From: an uncultured Lentisphaeria bacterium
GTDB lineage: Bacteria > Fidelibacterota > UBA8477 > JABMPR01
Assembly (NCBI GenBank): GCA_964630195.1
Contig: CAZVSF010000005.1
Coordinates: 1 to 33,956 of the forward strand
Length of the DNA: 33,956 bases
Direction of reading: 5' to 3'
Under the pieces are notes generated by a model. That model was not told where the DNA came from. It did no database searches and saw nothing but the letters and a program-made list of their open reading frames with translations. The position numbers and the translations under genes were made by a program. Positions 25,510 to 33,956 of this stretch are shown piece by piece (the first letter of the stretch is position 1; each line of letters begins with the position of its first letter).

Positions 25510-27429
25510 ATGGTTAAAATTTTAGTTGTTGATGATAAACCGGATAATCTGGTGGTTGTCAAAGCCATATGCAGAAAACATATGCCCGAAATAGAAGTAA
25601 TTGCTGCCGGCTCTGGACGTGAGGGTATCGATCTCACCAAGTCTGAGCAGCCTGATACGGTTTTACTGGATATCATCATGCCTGGACTAGATGGTTTTGA
25701 AGTGTGCCAGATCCTAAAGTCAGATCCTCAAACCAGCCATATTCCAATTATTTTACTTACGGCTATCATGACCGACAGTAAAGCGCGTGTCAAAGGTCTT
25801 GAACTCGGGGCAGATGCCTTTGTGAATAAGCCCATCAACGAAGATGAACTGATAGCCCAGATCAAGGTCATGCTGCGTATCAAAACGGCTGAAGATCTTT
25901 TACGTCAGGAAAAAGAATTGGTCGAGGACCAGTTACAGGGTAGCGAAACCCGCTACAGGGATCTGTTCAGCAACATGGCTGAGGGATTTGCCCTGTGCGA
26001 AATCATACTTGACCAAAAAGGGAAACCCTATGATTACCGACATCTCACGGTGAACGATGCCTATACGAAACAGACCGGCATTCCCACGCAAGCGGTCCTG
26101 GGCAAGACAGTGAGAGAGTTATTCCCAGATGTCGAGGATGTATGGATAGAGAACTATGGTGAAGTAGCCCTGACTGGTAAAGCGAAAAGTTTTGTAAGTT
26201 ACAACCACAATACAGACAAATATTTTGATGTCCGGTCATTTTCGCCTTCCAAGGGAATTTTTGCACTGCTGGTCCAGGATATTACTCAAGCCCACCTGGA
26301 TAGTGTGGAATTGCGCAGGAGTGATGAATTCAATAAATCCATTACCAGGACGGCACCCTATGCCATTATATCCACGGACGATGAAGGGCAGGTGCTCAGC
26401 TGGAATAAGGCAGCTGAGGCTTTGTTTGGTTTCGAGGAAAAGGAGATGTTGGGAAAAACCCTGGAATCAATCGTTCCTGTCCAGTATCTAAAGAGTCATA
26501 TTGCGGGTTTAAAACGGTTGAAAGATGGCGGAGCTCCTAAGCTATTAGGCAAAACTGTCGAAATATCCGCGCTCAGAAAAAGAAAAGAAGAATTTCCAAT
26601 TGAGCTGGGAATTTCCAGCTGGTCCAATGATGACAAACGTTTCTACACAGCCATAATTCGTGATATTTCAGACCGAAAAAGAATTGAATCAGAGCTTCAG
26701 AAAGCGGTGGAAGTTGCGGAACATGCCAATGAAGTCAAGGATCAATTCATTGCCAATATCTCCCATGAGATCCGGACACCTCTGAATAGCTTATTGGGCT
26801 TCACTGATCTGGTTAAACAAAAGTATGGATCAAAAGTAGAGGATCTCGACAGACAGATCTTCGGATATATTTCCAACTCCAGTAATCGACTCCTGGCAAC
26901 AGTGGATGCCATCCTGAATATCTCCCAGTTAAGTACGGGTAGTATTGTGGTTCACCCCAAGAAAAATGACCTTTGTACACTCGCCCGACTGGTGGTTGAA
27001 GATCTAAGACCTATGGCTGTGAATAAGGGGCTTGAAGTGCAGATGGACATCCCCAAGGAGGCATTGATCTCCTTGATTGATGATCAGAGTGTTTACCAGG
27101 CTTTGCACAACGTCGTCGAAAATTCCCTTAAATTTACCAGAGAGGGTGAAGTTGGAATACACTTGAAACAAAAGGATGGATTCGTAGAGCTATCCGTAAG
27201 AGATACTGGGGTCGGAATATCAGAGGAGTACCAGAAGCGTATGTTTCAACCCTATACTCAAGAGAGCGAGGGCTTCACCAAAGATTATCAGGGAATTGGT
27301 TTGGGTTTGGCCCTGGCGAAGCGATTCCTGGAGCTGAATGATGTAGCAATTGAAGTGGAAAGCGAGAAGGGTGTTGGCACGACCTTCAAACTTATATTTA
27401 AGGTGTATGAGGAGCACAACAATGACTGA
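25510..27429 (+). CDS. REC-PAS-PAS histidine kinase (module 2, type-A kinase)
   Basis: N-terminal receiver ([27 protein letters not shown], VNKP) and two PAS units. H-box [16 protein letters not shown], N-box [10 protein letters not shown], G1 DTGVGI and G2 GIGLGLAL are present. The kinase core is clearly paralogous to that of 11857-14133. Confidence 0.9.
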   Translation: [639 protein letters not shown]

Positions 27430-27796
27430 TAAAAATCCAAAAATTTTGATAATCGAGGATGATCTATCCTCGCAACAATATTATACAATTATCTTCGCCG
27501 GGCAATACGAGATCATGATCGCCTCAGATGTGGCTGAGGCTAAAGCAATGCTGAAGGAGCACGAATACGAGGTTGCCATTGTAGATATTTCATTACCTGG
27601 TGATGAAAATGGTCTGGATCTGATCGAGTATCTTTGTCTGGAATATCCCGGAAAACCAGTTCCCATTGCCCTGACTGGGCATGCATTCCCCAAAAATCGT
27701 GAGGATGCTCTGGCAGCTGGTGCAGTTGAATTCTTCACCAAACCCATCATGAGTAAGGTATTGCTGGATACCATGGCAAAGTACATCGCGATATAA
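27422..27796 (+). CDS. Single-domain response regulator (receiver only; module 2)
   Basis: MTDKNPKILIIEDDLSSQQYY..., roughly 55-65% identical by eye to 14135-14518. The ATG at 27422 overlaps the upstream kinase's stop (AATGACTGA). The ORF-track start at 27350 lies inside the kinase gene and is rejected. Confidence 0.85.
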   Translation: MTDKNPKILIIEDDLSSQQYYTIIFAGQYEIMIASDVAEAKAMLKEHEYEVAIVDISLPGDENGLDLIEYLCLEYPGKPVPIALTGHAFPKNREDALAAGAVEFFTKPIMSKVLLDTMAKYIAI

Positions 27797-27824
27797 ATTC
27801 ATGCTTGGGGGATAAAGGATTTAA

Positions 27825-30446
27825 ATGAGGATGGAGAACAAGTTGAAGCTTAAGACATCATTGGGTGACCATAAAATTGCCACCATTGCACTGCTGCTCG
27901 GGTCTATCGCCGTATTTGGAAGCCTGCTCATCGGCTGGAATGTGCTTAAGATAACATCATCGGAAATTGAACATCAGATCTATCACTACTACAATACCAA
28001 GGCGATGTCGCTGGCACTGCTTTCACCTGCAGATGAAGCCCTTTCCGATTCTGAACTCCTGGCAGAAATAAACAGGAAGTGGCAGTCCTCATTTGAAAGA
28101 CCCCGTGATGAATATATTTGTATTGTGGATACATCATCGAATTTACTATTACATAGCGCTGACCCAGGAACTGTGGGCTCTTTCGTCGGCGAAAATTTGC
28201 TGGTCAGTACACTTGATGAAAGTTACGCTACATTAGGTGAGTTGGTTCGTGGTTCTGATCAATACATTGGCGATTATATCTCCAGTATAGGCGAGGACCA
28301 GATCGCTGCTTTTACCCCCATTGGGCATAAAGGCTGGATGTTGGGTGTTCATCGTTCAAAAGAATTGGTTGAGCAAGAGATCAGGGATTCTCTGCGTACT
28401 GAATTTTGGGGTATACTGATCGTTTGCCTGTTGATCATTCCCCTGTCATTGGGTCTCCTTTATCTGGCGATCCATCGATCAAATATGCGGAACAGAGAGA
28501 TGTTTGAAGCCCTGTCCAGGGAGGAAGCGCTCCTGACTGCCTTGATGGAAGGCAGTCCCGACCATATCTATTTCAAGGATCTGAAAAGTCGCTTTATCAA
28601 AACGAATAAAGCGCAATCGACATTTTTAAATTTAAATCATCCAGATGAAGCAGTGGGTAAGACTGATTTTGATTTTTTCCCTGACAAACATGCTCAAGCT
28701 GCCTTTGATGATGAACAACGGATCATCAGAACAGGACAGGCACAGATAGGCGATGAAGAACACCATGTGAAAAATGGTGCGGATCTCTGGATTTCGGCTA
28801 CCAAGCTACCGCTAAAAGATGGTAATGGGGAGATATTCGGCACGGTGGGAATTTCCCGGGATATCTCAGAACTTGCGCTGGCCAGGGAAGAGTTCAGGAA
28901 GCAAAGTAAGTTTCTTGAAGAAGTCATTGAATCCCTTCAACATCCTTTCATGGTCATCGACGTCAATGACTATTCGATTAAACTGGCCAACTCAGCCGCA
29001 AAGAGCAAATCATTCCATAGTACGACAACGTGTTATGCGCTAAGCCATGGCCGCGAACTACCATGCGAATCGGAGGAACACCCCTGCCCTTTGGTGATGA
29101 GCAGAGACACCAAGAAACCATCTGTGGTTGAACATATTCATCTGGATAAAGACGGAAATCCCAAAAATTTTGAGGTCCATAGTTACCCTATTTTTAATGA
29201 ACATGGAGAAGTTGTCCAGGTTATTGAATATTCCCTGGATATTAGCAAGCGTAAAAGTGCTGAAGAGAAACTTCAAAGAGAGTATGCTTTACAGAAAGTG
29301 CTCTATAAAATCGCCAGAGCCGGGCAGTCTGCAGATACACTTGAAGATCTGTGCCGAGGTATGCACGTCTCACTTGGAGGCATCCTGGACACCAGCAATT
29401 TCTTTATTGCCGTCGTTGACGATGAGCACAGCAAGTTGTCATTTCCATTTTTTATTGATGAATTTGATGGTCATCCCGGAAGCGTTGATTTTGGGAAGGG
29501 TCTTACGGAATATGTGATCAGGACTGGAAAATCTTTGATGGTCAATGGCAATGAAATGGACAAAATGGACCAGAGCGGAGACATAGAGCTCAAGGGGACA
29601 CCTTCAAAAATCTGGTTGGGTACACCCCTAAAAGCCGGCAGTCGTCTCCTGGGGGCCATCGTGGTTCAGAATTATTCGGATGAAACTCATTTCGATAAAT
29701 CCCATCTGAACCTGCTTGATTTTGTTTCCTCTCAGATCACCTCATCCGTCATTGCCAAGCAGGCGGACGATAAGCTGGCGGTCTCCGAGCGACTGAAAGA
29801 ATTATTGCTGGATATCATTACCCATGATCTGAGGAATCCCATTGCCAGCATTTACAATTTTTCAGAGCTGGCCTCATCGATGTTAGGAGATAATGAAATC
29901 ATCGAGCATATCCATATTGGTAGTACGAAACTCCTGAAAGTCCTGGACAATACAACCCTGTTGAGCCAGGCGGTATTTGGAGAATCCATACCTCTCGAAT
30001 CAATAAACCTTTGTGAGATGATACAAGGGACCATGGATGAGAGCGCCGAACAGGCAAGTAAGGCAGAAATGTCCATTGAGATTGACTGCCCTTCTGATCT
30101 AACTGTCCGGGCAAATCCCATTTTAGCCGAAATCTTTAAAAATTATATAAGCAATGCCATTAAATATGCAGCTAGCGGAAAAAAGATCATGGTTCGTGTG
30201 ATCATTGAGGATGGTGTGATCATCCGTGTAGAAGATTTTGGGAAGGCTATTCCAGAGGACCAACGGAGTATTGTTTTTGATCGGAATATTCAACTGGCAA
30301 AAGAGAAAAAGGTGGGACGGGGACTTGGTTTGGCAATTGTAAAAAAAATCGCTCAGGTGCACAACGCTCGCGTATGGGTGGAGCCAAACACACCCAGGGG
30401 CAATCGTTTTTGCATACATTTGCCAGACGAGTTATTAAAGAGCTGA
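27825..30446 (+). CDS. Membrane sensor histidine kinase: TM-periplasmic (Cache-like) domain-TM-PAS-Cys/His-rich PAS-GAF-HisKA-HATPase (module 2, type-B kinase)
   Basis: TM1 is IATIALLLGSIAVFGSLLIGW and TM2 is FWGILIVCLLIIPLSLGLLYLAI. PAS (SRDISELA linker), then a second PAS-like unit containing CYALSHGRELPCESEEHPCP, then a GAF-like block. H-box ITHDLRNPIASI, N-box NYISNAIKYA and G2 GRGLGLAIVKK are present. The kinase core is paralogous to that of 14868-16328. Confidence 0.9.
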   Translation: MRMENKLKLKTSLGDHKIATIALLLGSIAVFGSLLIGWNVLKITSSEIEHQIYHYYNTKAMSLALLSPADEALSDSELLAEINRKWQSSFERPRDEYICIVDTSSNLLLHSADPGTVGSFVGENLLVSTLDESYATLGELVRGSDQYIGDYISSIGEDQIAAFTPIGHKGWMLGVHRSKELVEQEIRDSLRTEFWGILIVCLLIIPLSLGLLYLAIHRSNMRNREMFEALSREEALLTALMEGSPDHIYFKDLKSRFIKTNKAQSTFLNLNHPDEAVGKTDFDFFPDKHAQAAFDDEQRIIRTGQAQIGDEEHHVKNGADLWISATKLPLKDGNGEIFGTVGISRDISELALAREEFRKQSKFLEEVIESLQHPFMVIDVNDYSIKLANSAAKSKSFHSTTTCYALSHGRELPCESEEHPCPLVMSRDTKKPSVVEHIHLDKDGNPKNFEVHSYPIFNEHGEVVQVIEYSLDISKRKSAEEKLQREYALQKVLYKIARAGQSADTLEDLCRGMHVSLGGILDTSNFFIAVVDDEHSKLSFPFFIDEFDGHPGSVDFGKGLTEYVIRTGKSLMVNGNEMDKMDQSGDIELKGTPSKIWLGTPLKAGSRLLGAIVVQNYSDETHFDKSHLNLLDFVSSQITSSVIAKQADDKLAVSERLKELLLDIITHDLRNPIASIYNFSELASSMLGDNEIIEHIHIGSTKLLKVLDNTTLLSQAVFGESIPLESINLCEMIQGTMDESAEQASKAEMSIEIDCPSDLTVRANPILAEIFKNYISNAIKYAASGKKIMVRVIIEDGVIIRVEDFGKAIPEDQRSIVFDRNIQLAKEKKVGRGLGLAIVKKIAQVHNARVWVEPNTPRGNRFCIHLPDELLKS

Positions 30447-30521
30447 TCAAAGACCAACTCCCACCTGTTATAGTTGACAGTATCTTGATGGATAGGCCTC
30501 AAAAGATCGAGGATAAAGGAA

Positions 30522-32714
30522 ATGTTCCTATTGCCGCAACACCACATTATAAGAAAAGAACAGGCTGAAGTCCTGGCTCTCTGCACGGGCACGATCTATT
30601 GGTCGCTTATCATAGTGCTACTCCTCTCAACACCTGGAGCTGTGCCTGGGAAAACCTTTGAGTCGAATCAGACATCCCTGAAGGGTGTGGATAAGTTTAT
30701 CTCCCATCTGGATCAATTAAAAAGATTTCGGTTTAAAACGGACTCAGTTTTGGTTGAGAGCACTCTGGATTCCTTGAGTAATGCGGTGGCGCAGGATCAA
30801 CTCCGATTGGCACAGGTGCATTATTATCAAGGTATATTTTACAACGTTCATAGAAACAGGGTGCGTTCCAGAGATTTTCAGAAACAGGCACTTCAACTCG
30901 CCCAGCATTTGAAAAATGATGAGCTCATTGCCAGGGTCTTAATTGAATTTGGCAAGCTAGAATCTGCAGAGGGAAATAACGCAGGTGCCATCGAGTACTA
31001 TTTATCAGCCATCGACTATGCCACAAGAACTGGAGATCATCGGGATGCGGCTGTCAGCTATTCATTATTGGGGAATATCTACCGGATCATGGGCGAATAC
31101 GATGACGCCATCAATTATATTACCAAGGCTGAGTCACATTATGCTGAAGAAGGGTACAGCGAAGGACAAGCCTGGGTCCAGTATTCACTGGCAAATATAT
31201 ATAAAGACCTGGACCTACTCGATGAAGCACTAGATTATTTCAATAAAAGTTTAGCCGTTTATGCCGATCAAGTCAGCCAGCCCGGGGACAGTCTTGGGGT
31301 TGCAATTTGTCTTGATCAGATTGGGGAAATTTACTTTGGCCAAGAAAAGTTTGAGGTCGCCCGAAAATTTGTGATGCGATCATATATTATCCACACTGAG
31401 ATGAACAATATTCATGGAATCGTTATCACCCTGAAAAATCTGGGTAAAATTGAATATGAATTGAAGAATTATGCACGATCTCTCCAGTATTTGACCCGCG
31501 CAATAAATTCGAAAATTGACTCAAAGGATGTTCTCGTGTCATCCCAGATATATGAATACATGGGCCGCTCCCTCTTTGAGATGGGTCAGCCTCAAGCCGG
31601 GATTGATACTGTAAAAGTGGGGCTGAACCTGGCTACTGATGCTCAACAGAGAAAAATGGAAAATCGTCTCTATGGCGTATTGGCAGAAATGTATCGTAAA
31701 GAGGGTGATCTGGTAAGTGCTTACGAATATTTATCTCAACAGGTGGCCTCTACCAAAGCCCTGGCTGATAGACTGGCTGAATTGAAAATCAGCGGGATGA
31801 AAAATTTTCATGAACGAGAAGAGCGACGCATACAGATAAATACCCTGAATTTCGAGAATCAGTTGATCAAAATGAAGCTGGATGAGCAAAGACGATCTCA
31901 ACTCTATCTGGCCTTGGTGCTCATCATGATATTGGTGGTCTCATTTGTTCTAATTTTTTTGTATTTATCGAAACGCAAGGCATTGCAACTGGTGGATGCA
32001 CAACGTAAGGAGCTTGAAGACCTGGTTGCCACTAAAAATAAATTTTTCTCCATTATCTCACATGATCTCAGATCACCAGTGGGTAGCACGATGCAATTGT
32101 TGGCAACGGCCATAGATGTTTTTCCATCACTGTCACGGGAAAAGGTCCTGGAATTGTTAACAACCATGAGTGAAGCAAGCAGCAACACCTTCAGGCTCCT
32201 GGAAAATCTGTTGATCTGGTCACGCATTCAAACAGGCACAATGCAGGTATATATAGATCGGTTGGATTTGCCGGAGCATATAGAACCAGTGCTTTCAATG
32301 CACAAGGATCAGGCTATTGGAAAAGGTTTGTCCTTGAGAAATGAGATCAAGGAGCAAATTTTTGTAAATGCAGATTCCGATATGTTCTCCGGGATTATGA
32401 GGAATTTAATCTCAAACGCCATAAAATATACACCTCGAGGCGGTGAAATTGTTATCTCAGCAACCCAATCCGAATCCGAAGTGGTCGTGAAAATAGCCGA
32501 TACTGGTATTGGTATCCCCCCAGATCAATATGAAAATATTTTTACGCTGGGAAACACCTTCAAACGCAAGGGTACCAGCGGAGAATCCAGTAGTGGTCTG
32601 GGATTAATCCTGGTAAAAGAATTTGTAGATAAACTTGGCGGTGAAATCAATGTAGAGAGTGAGATAAATAAAGGAACCTGTTTTTCTGTCTCCTTAAAGA
32701 GAGCAGAAATCTGA
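30522..32714 (+). CDS. TPR-repeat sensor histidine kinase with a single internal TM segment
   Basis: An N-terminal hydrophobic segment is followed by ~400 aa of TPR-like repeats (A..YY..AI.YA...GD...A, LG.IY...G.YD.A..Y). Then come a coiled coil, the TM LYLALVLIMILVVSFVLIFLYL, H-box SHDLRSPVGS, N-box NLISNAIKYT, G1 DTGIGI and G2 GLGLILV. The start codon is uncertain because the RBS spacing is poor. Confidence 0.85.
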   Translation: MFLLPQHHIIRKEQAEVLALCTGTIYWSLIIVLLLSTPGAVPGKTFESNQTSLKGVDKFISHLDQLKRFRFKTDSVLVESTLDSLSNAVAQDQLRLAQVHYYQGIFYNVHRNRVRSRDFQKQALQLAQHLKNDELIARVLIEFGKLESAEGNNAGAIEYYLSAIDYATRTGDHRDAAVSYSLLGNIYRIMGEYDDAINYITKAESHYAEEGYSEGQAWVQYSLANIYKDLDLLDEALDYFNKSLAVYADQVSQPGDSLGVAICLDQIGEIYFGQEKFEVARKFVMRSYIIHTEMNNIHGIVITLKNLGKIEYELKNYARSLQYLTRAINSKIDSKDVLVSSQIYEYMGRSLFEMGQPQAGIDTVKVGLNLATDAQQRKMENRLYGVLAEMYRKEGDLVSAYEYLSQQVASTKALADRLAELKISGMKNFHEREERRIQINTLNFENQLIKMKLDEQRRSQLYLALVLIMILVVSFVLIFLYLSKRKALQLVDAQRKELEDLVATKNKFFSIISHDLRSPVGSTMQLLATAIDVFPSLSREKVLELLTTMSEASSNTFRLLENLLIWSRIQTGTMQVYIDRLDLPEHIEPVLSMHKDQAIGKGLSLRNEIKEQIFVNADSDMFSGIMRNLISNAIKYTPRGGEIVISATQSESEVVVKIADTGIGIPPDQYENIFTLGNTFKRKGTSGESSSGLGLILVKEFVDKLGGEINVESEINKGTCFSVSLKRAEI

Positions 32715-32793
32715 GTGTACACCCTGAACTCAAATAATTTTTAGTTTAGCCCTGCTTTACATTTCTTTAACTAAATTAGAATCAACTTGTTGG

Positions 32794-33552
32794 CTAATGT
32801 GAGATCATCAGAATGCCATTGGGGTTATTCTGGGAATCTCGAAGAATCGAGAGTGACAACATGCAGGCCATATGTTGACCATCCTTTAGAATGAATTCAA
32901 TCTCCATCTGGGTTCTTCGCCCCCGTGCGATATTGGTTTTTATGAGGGGGAGGTCATCTGGATTAACTAAATAGTCTAAAATATACTGGCCAAAGACTTC
33001 CTCGTGGTCATAACCAAGTACCCATTGCGCAGCCTGATTGAACTCGACGATATTATCCTCTTTATTGAGGGTAATGATCATGACAAAAGCACTATCAATA
33101 ATGCTGCGGGCATTTTCCAATTCCTGGACGAGCTCTCGCTTTTTCTCCTGCCGATACGTGGCTGTTTCAATCACCAGGTTCAGATCACGATCATTGAAGG
33201 GTTTTAACAGGTACCCAAATGGTTTGGTGATCTTGGCGCGTTGAAAGAGTTCATCATCTTCATGCGCTGTGAGATAGACAATGGGTATATCTGTAAAGGA
33301 GTGGATCTTTTGGGCGGCGATGATACCATCATCATCATTGTCCAAAATAATATCCATTAATATCAAGTCAGGTTTGAGTTCCTTGGCGAGTTGAATGGCC
33401 CCTGACTCGTTGCTCGCCTGTCCAGCGACTCTGTAGCCTAAATAGCCCAATTTAAAAGTGATAAATTTGGCCATTTGAGGATCATCTTCAACAATGAGAA
33501 CTCGTGTTGGACGATCTTCATCTACCATCAGAGCTTTGGTCCGCATTGACAT
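32794..33552 (-). CDS. Response regulator with C-terminal PAS domain (REC-PAS; module 2, inverted orientation)
   Basis: VLIVEDDPQMAKF..., LILMDIIL, VYLTAHED and LLKPFNDRDL, followed by a PAS fold. It aligns end to end with 16358-17086 (over 50% identity by eye). Confidence 0.9.
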   Translation of the reverse strand: MSMRTKALMVDEDRPTRVLIVEDDPQMAKFITFKLGYLGYRVAGQASNESGAIQLAKELKPDLILMDIILDNDDDGIIAAQKIHSFTDIPIVYLTAHEDDELFQRAKITKPFGYLLKPFNDRDLNLVIETATYRQEKKRELVQELENARSIIDSAFVMIITLNKEDNIVEFNQAAQWVLGYDHEEVFGQYILDYLVNPDDLPLIKTNIARGRRTQMEIEFILKDGQHMACMLSLSILRDSQNNPNGILMISH

Positions 33553-33956
33553 GAGTAAATTCCAATAATTATTGATTTTTCAGGTAGAATATAATACATG
33601 CTTTGTTGTATACAATCGAGCCTTTGCCTCAGAGGAAGATTTCAGGTCTTTGGGGAGGAAGCACCGCACAAATGGTAAGCTCAATAATGGTGGTGCAGTT
33701 ATTAAAAATGTCTCATTTTTACAGGGGCGACAGTTTTGATCCCTTCTTTCAATCCCAGCGAGCGCTTAACGCACATTTATGAGACTCACTTGGGCTTTAA
33801 GGGTTATGGGATGCAATTACTTAGCGAGGATCCCCACTGAATAGAGGACCATTTCCACCATATAATGGGGGAGTCCCCTACAAAAAGATGATCCTTATAT
33901 CGTACTTTTCACCTGTCACTAACAAGAAGACAGGGAGAGCATCATGAAAACTTTAA

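Noticed and set aside
27350-27421. An N-terminal extension of the module 2 response regulator, as given in the ORF track
   Set aside because: The extension lies wholly inside the upstream kinase's HATPase coding region in another frame. The paralogue begins at the equivalent of the ATG at 27422, which overlaps the kinase stop.
33944-33956. The start of a plus-strand gene at the window end (ATGAAAACTTTAA, preceded by gggagag)
   Set aside because: Only four codons are visible. The RBS-like sequence is suggestive but the ORF cannot be evaluated.
1-33956. CRISPR arrays, transposases/IS elements, integrases, prophage genes, restriction-modification systems or known defence systems
   Set aside because: No regularly spaced direct repeats were seen. 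No DDE, tyrosine or serine recombinase motifs and no defence-associated domains were recognised in any of the six frames provided.

Overview
This is a 34 kb chromosomal segment of roughly 43-45% GC (by eye). It probably comes from an uncultured FCB-superphylum-like bacterium: one secreted protein ends in a T9SS/FlgD-Ig-type sorting domain ('PNPFNP...IYNVKGQ...LLLK'), yet Shine-Dalgarno sites are in use. No searches were run; all calls rest on motifs read from the translations, and identity estimates are by eye.

The window has three parts.

(1) Positions 1-4700 look accessory. They hold a tRNA-Arg(UCU)-like 3' fragment with its terminator and two further degenerate copies of the same end sequence. 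These copies bracket a class-II Fic (AMPylase-type) gene. A small membrane protein, an AraC regulator and an SDR follow.

(2) Positions 4717-9210 (minus strand) form a translationally coupled four-gene operon: an HMG-CoA-reductase-like enzyme, an HX4D acyltransferase, an alkyl-DHAP-synthase-like flavoenzyme (HHHGVGKLR loop) and an SDR. Enzyme for enzyme this matches the eukaryote/myxobacterial-type ether-lipid pathway, with the HMGR-like protein as a candidate fatty-alcohol-forming reductase. I consider this the best candidate for an undescribed system. A cation/H+ antiporter lies upstream.

(3) Positions 11195-33552 are a dense signalling island with six histidine kinases, seven receiver domains, an orphan CheR and a PAS-only protein. 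No DNA-binding output domain is visible. It contains an anciently duplicated four-gene cassette (PAS-HK, single-domain RR, HK, RR-PAS); the second copy is interrupted by a TPR kinase and its last gene is inverted.

No CRISPR array, transposase, integrase or rRNA was seen.
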